Shown here one piece after another: positions 52,201-58,200 of a DNA stretch of 64,000 bases. A program made the position numbers and the translations under genes. The stretch spans positions 5,580,001-5,644,000 of the forward strand of contig CM120649.1 of NCBI GenBank assembly GCA_051362555.1. The letters are read 5' to 3'. This DNA is from Lingula anatina. Its lineage: Eukaryota; Animalia; Brachiopoda. A model generated the notes under the pieces. The model saw only the letters and a list, made by a program, of their open reading frames with translations, made no database searches and was not told where the DNA came from. Numbering within the stretch: position 1 is the first letter of the stretch; each line of letters opens with the position of its first letter.

Positions 52201-55200
52201 GCATCCAGTTGTAGAGACTTAATAGATTTCTCCATATTCTCCATTCGCTGGACCCACTTGGACATATCCGGATTAGGAGGTGTTTTCTTCTTCGCATCCA
52301 GCTGTAAAGATTTAATGGATTTTTCCATGTTTTCCATACACTGGACCAACCTGGACATCTCAGGTGTTGGAGGTATTTCGGCCGTCGCTACCTGATTTAC
52401 TCTCGGGTTTCCCTGACGACCCCTCCTCGGCACCGTGTGTTCCATCACCTGGTACATTTGCTGATGCATCCTCACTAAACGCACTGCCTCACGAACAGTT
52501 GGAGGACTCCGCATATAAATAGCATGCCCCGCCTCCTTGTCCAATAAACCAGCACAAAATCGATTCACTGCCTGCATATCAGTGAATGATTCCGGCAAGC
52601 CCTCGTAAGCACGACCTGCCAAAGTTAACACACGATCAGCCCAGTCATCTAACGACTCATTAGACTCCTGAACTGAACTCTGGAAACGCGACTGTGCTGT
52701 AGCTGGCGTATCTCGCTCTCCGAACCGTTTCTCCAGTTCATGCAGCAACACTTGGTATGTTAGGCCACCTACCCGTTGACTCAGTATAGCATAGTAATCC
52801 TGAGCTTTTCCCCGCAGGCACCAACATAACCCATCGAGGGACAAGGCATCATCCCACTGTTCACGAACTGCATGTCTGACAAATAAGCTCTTAAATGCAG
52901 TCCAGTTACCACGCCCATCAAAGACTAAGTTCTTTGGAGGGTTAAACTTCCGTGTTGGGGCGCTAACTGTAGATCCCCATCCACCATGACTCCTATGATC
53001 ACCATCGTGTCCTCCATTGACACCACTATATCCTCCCTGTACACCACGATGTCCTCCCTGGACACCTCTACCTCCGACTTCCATAGGGTAAGAAGCCTCA
53101 TTAGTAGGAACTGGTTCCCAGGGTACATCAGCTCTCCTCTGAGAAATGACTGGCGCCTGGTATGGCCCCCCACAGTCATATCCTTGAGTGCTGATACCGG
53201 TAACTGGTACTGGTTCACCATAGTCCGGTCTCAACCAGTCTTGTCTGAATGGCTCTAGACCCCGACCACAGTTTTCACGATTCGGTCCACCATGGTTCAG
53301 TGTAAATTCACCTGGCAGCTGTTCACCATGCATATAAGCATGGTTCGGTCCATAGTGATCTAGTGTGACCTGGTCTGGCTGCCACCCTGTTGGTCTGACA
53401 TCTCGGTACAGTCCACACTGGTCTCGTGTGACCTCCCTTTGCTGCTGCCCGCCTTGCACACAAGCAAGGCTCGGTCTACACTGGTCTAGTGTGACCCCAC
53501 CCGGCTGATGCACATCTTGCATAAAAGCAAGATTCGATCCACACTGGTGTTGTGTGAACCCACCTGACTGCTGCCCATCTTGCATAAAAGCAAGACTCGG
53601 TCCACACTGGTCCCGTGTGACCACACCTGGCTGCAAAGTTACATGTCTGACCCCAGTAGTCGATCCATTTTGGCCTTGTGTGAACGGACCTGGCTGATAC
53701 ATTGCACCATAATTCTCATGACTCCCTCGGGTGTAAGCTGGGACTGGCTCTGTTTTCCAGTGTACAGTAGCCTGTCGCACTTGGCTGGTTTCTGTCTTCC
53801 TTCCAGGTATACGCATATCCTGAGTGAATGGAATTTTCACTTCAGTGTCATCACCATGCCCTGGATTCTCGGGAATAGGAGTTATTCCCCACGGAATTTT
53901 ACTCAACGGCCTTCTAGCTGGCCCTCGAGATTCCTGTCTGGAACCCACAGGAATCCCCCCAGGTGCCTGGTTAACACCTGCCTGTTCCAGGTTTACATAC
54001 CTCCTATGTAACTCCGACTCGTCTCCAGTCTGTGTAGATACCACCGTCTGCACTGAAGTGGAGACCATTTCCCTCATCCCCTCTCCTGTCTGTACAGGCG
54101 TGGAGACCATGCGCCTCTCGTCAGCCCTTGGTACCTCACTCAAGGGTGACCGAATGGGTGTAGAAGTCCATAAACACCCAATCCCGAAACCCGAAGAACT
54201 ACTGGGCTCCCGTGACACCATTTTCTGATCCGCGCTGGTGTTACCTCCAGAGGCTTGCTGTACTGTAGAGAGGGTAGTATTAGGAGTAAAGTCTAATAAC
54301 TCCAGTACATCATCCGTCAACTTCTTACGAGTTATTAGTTGCAATAACTCCCTGGTGATTTGTCCACCATTTTGTCTCGCTGACACCAAAGTTTCAGCTA
54401 TTTTATCACTAACACCCGGTATTAGTGACAGCTCCTGAACGTCAGCCGAGTTGACTTTAATGACATGTACATTCTCCATATTTAATATCAATATATATAA
54501 AAATGAAGAACACAAACGACTATAAATATATCTTTATTGAAAATATATAAATATAGCCCCCTCTAGAAATAATGCACCCACAATTTAATTGTTACTTGCA
54601 AAATTTCTACAAAACAGTAACGTCTGCCTAAGCAAACCGCTGAATAAACTAGAAAAACAGCTATTTGTATGAAAAAACAAACAACTACTCGTTTTTAAAC
54701 TTTTATTCAGCAACGTGGGCTCGTTGTTTTCGCTGCCACCAATATAGAAATCCCTTACGCTAATCAACTCTAGCTCCGGATATTTCTACTAATAATCTGC
54801 TTACCTTAGCAGTAACGAAATCCCTTTCCTATAGATAACCACTAGAAATCAGGATTCCAACCTCTATCTCTATCTTGCTTCACAGTAATGGCGTCGCCCT
54901 TTGTTCTCAGTGCTCCTCGCTGTAACCCACTCCTTACAGCTATCGAGTTTCTCCAAAAACTGACACTCAGCCTCGACTCGGATCGAGGCCAAGACAAGCC
55001 ACACACCGATGCCGGATCACTACAGCAGTTCTTTATAGAACTACGAGAGACTGAGTATCACTCAAAATACACATGAAAACATTATTCGTAAATAAAATTT
55101 CTTCTTAATTCTAGAAATCGGCAGCAGGTTTTGGCAACTACATTTATCATATTATCACTATAAAGCAATATTCAGCATGATTTATTTTATTTATCAGATT

Positions 55201-58200
55201 ATAAAAGTCGCGATGGAGATGAAAATAAACTTCCCCCTTCCCCCGCACTCGTGAATGTTAACAGAACACGTAGAACTTAAGTCGGTTGATATGTTGATCT
55301 TTCATTGTAGGCAATCAGTATCAATATACCTGGCAGTCCTTTAATCTTTTATTAGTACAGCTAATAAAAATGCATTTACTGTGTTCAAGGGCAAAAAAAT
55401 GATCTGACTGTTTCATGTAGGCCTACCAAAGGTCAGTGCATTGCCAGACTGCCCTTTTATGAAAACACACCACTTAAACCGACAGAAAAAAATCAGAAAA
55501 CCAAGATCCCTTACAGATTTGTATCCCAGTTCTTTGCAGGCGACATTTGCCGATCTGTCACTCCACCCGTCATCACAAATACCACCCCATGTGTTGTTGC
55601 GTCGTATTTCCACATAACCTACGCTGCCATTACTAAGGCGAATCTCGTCATAACCTATAAAACCAAATGAGAAAGTGAGAAAGAGAGTCACGTTTAGTTT
55701 ACCCAAGGAGTCATACATGAAAATTCTCAAACACAAGCCTAAAAATTTCCGTACCGTTAGCTTACGGCCAACCTGGTCGAAGGCCTTCATCAGACTGGTG
55801 TGAGTAGTTGTTCACACTCAATGACCGCTAGGTGGTATAGCGGCCAGGACCCTCTTATAAATGTCAGGAAGATCACCCCCCTTCCCCCCGTCCCTATTCA
55901 TGGGTGGCAGGTGACGGCTGATGTTGATAGCCTCTCGTATTTTTCGCGGGATGTCGGATGACTCAGATTCAAGGATCTTAGTTGAATTCCAGTCGATACT
56001 GTGGCTGGTGTCTATCACATGAATAGGGACAGGGGGTGGGGGTGGGGGGGGTGATCTACCTGACATTTATAGGAGGGTCTTGGCCGCTATACCACCTAGT
56101 GGTCAGTGAGTGTGAACAACTACTCACACCAGTCTGATGAAGGCCTTCGACCATGTTGGCCGTGAGCTAACGGTACGGAAATTTTTAGGCTTGTGTTTGA
56201 GAATTTTCATGTGTGATCCAACTACCAAGCTGATGAACATTTTTGCTCATACCCAAGGAGTGTTTTAAAACTCCTTAGTTTACCATGAGTTTCCTATATT
56301 GCTCACCACTCTACTTCAATTTATCTTATTCTTTTGCCGTTCCTTATTTTCAGGCCTTATTTTCTCTCTTTATACGTTCTCGTTTTCCATTGGCCAATAT
56401 AGTCTCGACACTTGAGTTTTCTTTTGCCAGTTCTTTATCACTTGATCACGTTGCTTTGTTTATTCAACACGTCATTCATATGTGCAGGTTTAGCAAATAA
56501 ACACTGAAATGAACCCTTTATAGGAATTGTTATTCTGGTTCATAAAATGCGGGTTCAACTCTTACGATAATATAATATAATATAATATAATATAATATAA
56601 TATAATATAATATAATATAATATAGTACATTCTGCTTGTATTGTGCCGGAATGTAATATATCCAAATCAACAAATATCTTGATCCAGATTTATTTCTGTT
56701 GGAAGCACCATGATAAAATAAGGTCTTTGTCCACTGTTTGCCTTGCTTTGTGTGAAAACATGGGAAACAGATTTTATATTTAACTTAACAGTACAAAGTA
56801 CTTTAAAACAAATACACTAAGTAAATGCGACATCATACGAAAATACTCACCAAATACACCGCTGACTAGTCCTTCATTTGAACAGTATACTGCAGCATCG
56901 TGATTATGATCACAAAGATTTGTGGCCCAGAGGTTAAAACTACACGATGTTAACACTGCCTCGGATCCCTGGCAGTTCACATTGTTTAGCCATATGATGC
57001 CTTTACCGCCACCGAATCTGAAACGGTTATGAAACATACGTGTAACACTGGTAAGATTTTGCACGAGGAGGTCAAGGATAAAATGTTTTGACTCACTAAG
57101 CACGGATCAAGGATCATATTTTTTCACTTCCTCTTCTTAAAGATGGCGGGATTGAATGCTTTGGACTCTCTATGCTCGCCGAAAATAAACAGTAACTATT
57201 TTACAATGATATGTATGACACAGGGAGAGGGTGGAGTTGCTTGGTTGCTTTGGTAGTTATTTTGTGTGTGTGTGGTTGGGAAAAGGGGAAGCGGTAGCTC
57301 AGAAGCTAAGAGAGAAGCACGTACAGTACCCTCTATGCCCTACCCTGGACTACCAAATTGCATGGGACACATTCAAACTGTGCATGTTCTTAACTACTGG
57401 TACCGGGTACGACTGTATGTTGCGCATTTACGAGTATCTAAGTGAATTGGAACCAACGGGGTGTAAGTTAATGCAAATTAAAAAACAAAATCTTACTGGA
57501 TTTTTTCTGTGTAGGGTGGATCATAACATTCCCTATTCAAAATCCCAAGCAATGACAAAACACTGGCAGTGCTTACTTACCTGGAATTCCTGAGAGGTTT
57601 CCCATATGAGAGGCCAAGCATATTGCAAATGACTTTGGCATCTCTGTAGTCCCAGTTCGTGTCACAGACACTCCCGTATATCCCGTTATATTGCACCTCC
57701 ACTCGGCCGTAATTCATTCCGCCACCCGCTAGGCGGACGGAAGGCGCTGCAACACCAAAATGCAGAGTAGATGACAGGTGTTCAAGAAACTGTTCTTTTA
57801 GAACGAGGGTGCCCATTGACTGGTGGCTCCCCGTCGTGACCGTTTCAATATGGTTGAATAGAATTAGTGTAGTTGTTCTTAGAATTATTAGAATTTGACG
57901 ATATTGTCGAATAAACATCACAGATGCCCTGATAGTAAAATCTTTTGGTTTTAAAAAGACTGCCAAATCTGGGGGACAGTACAGATTCAATTCATCGTTC
58001 CTGTACCGAATCACCAAAAACAAAAACGTACAAAACAACTCTGAGCAATGTAAAAGATGAGAAAGAAAGTCAAGAATTATACTGTCAATTACACGCTGAA
58101 CATAGACTTAGTCTTTCTTACACTCATTTTGAAAGCACACCACACCCGCGTCCCCAGAGTGATTATGTGAGCTCTGTGCATTGACTGCCCACGTTACTGC

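Larger units (their letters stand above)
46797..55024 (-). mobile_element. Full-length Ty3/Gypsy LTR retrotransposon, sense orientation in receptor intron
   Basis: Two 282-bp LTRs, TSD GCAG (46793-46796, 55025-55028), PBS, PPT, intact gag and pol in PR-RT-RH-IN order. Confidence 0.97.
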
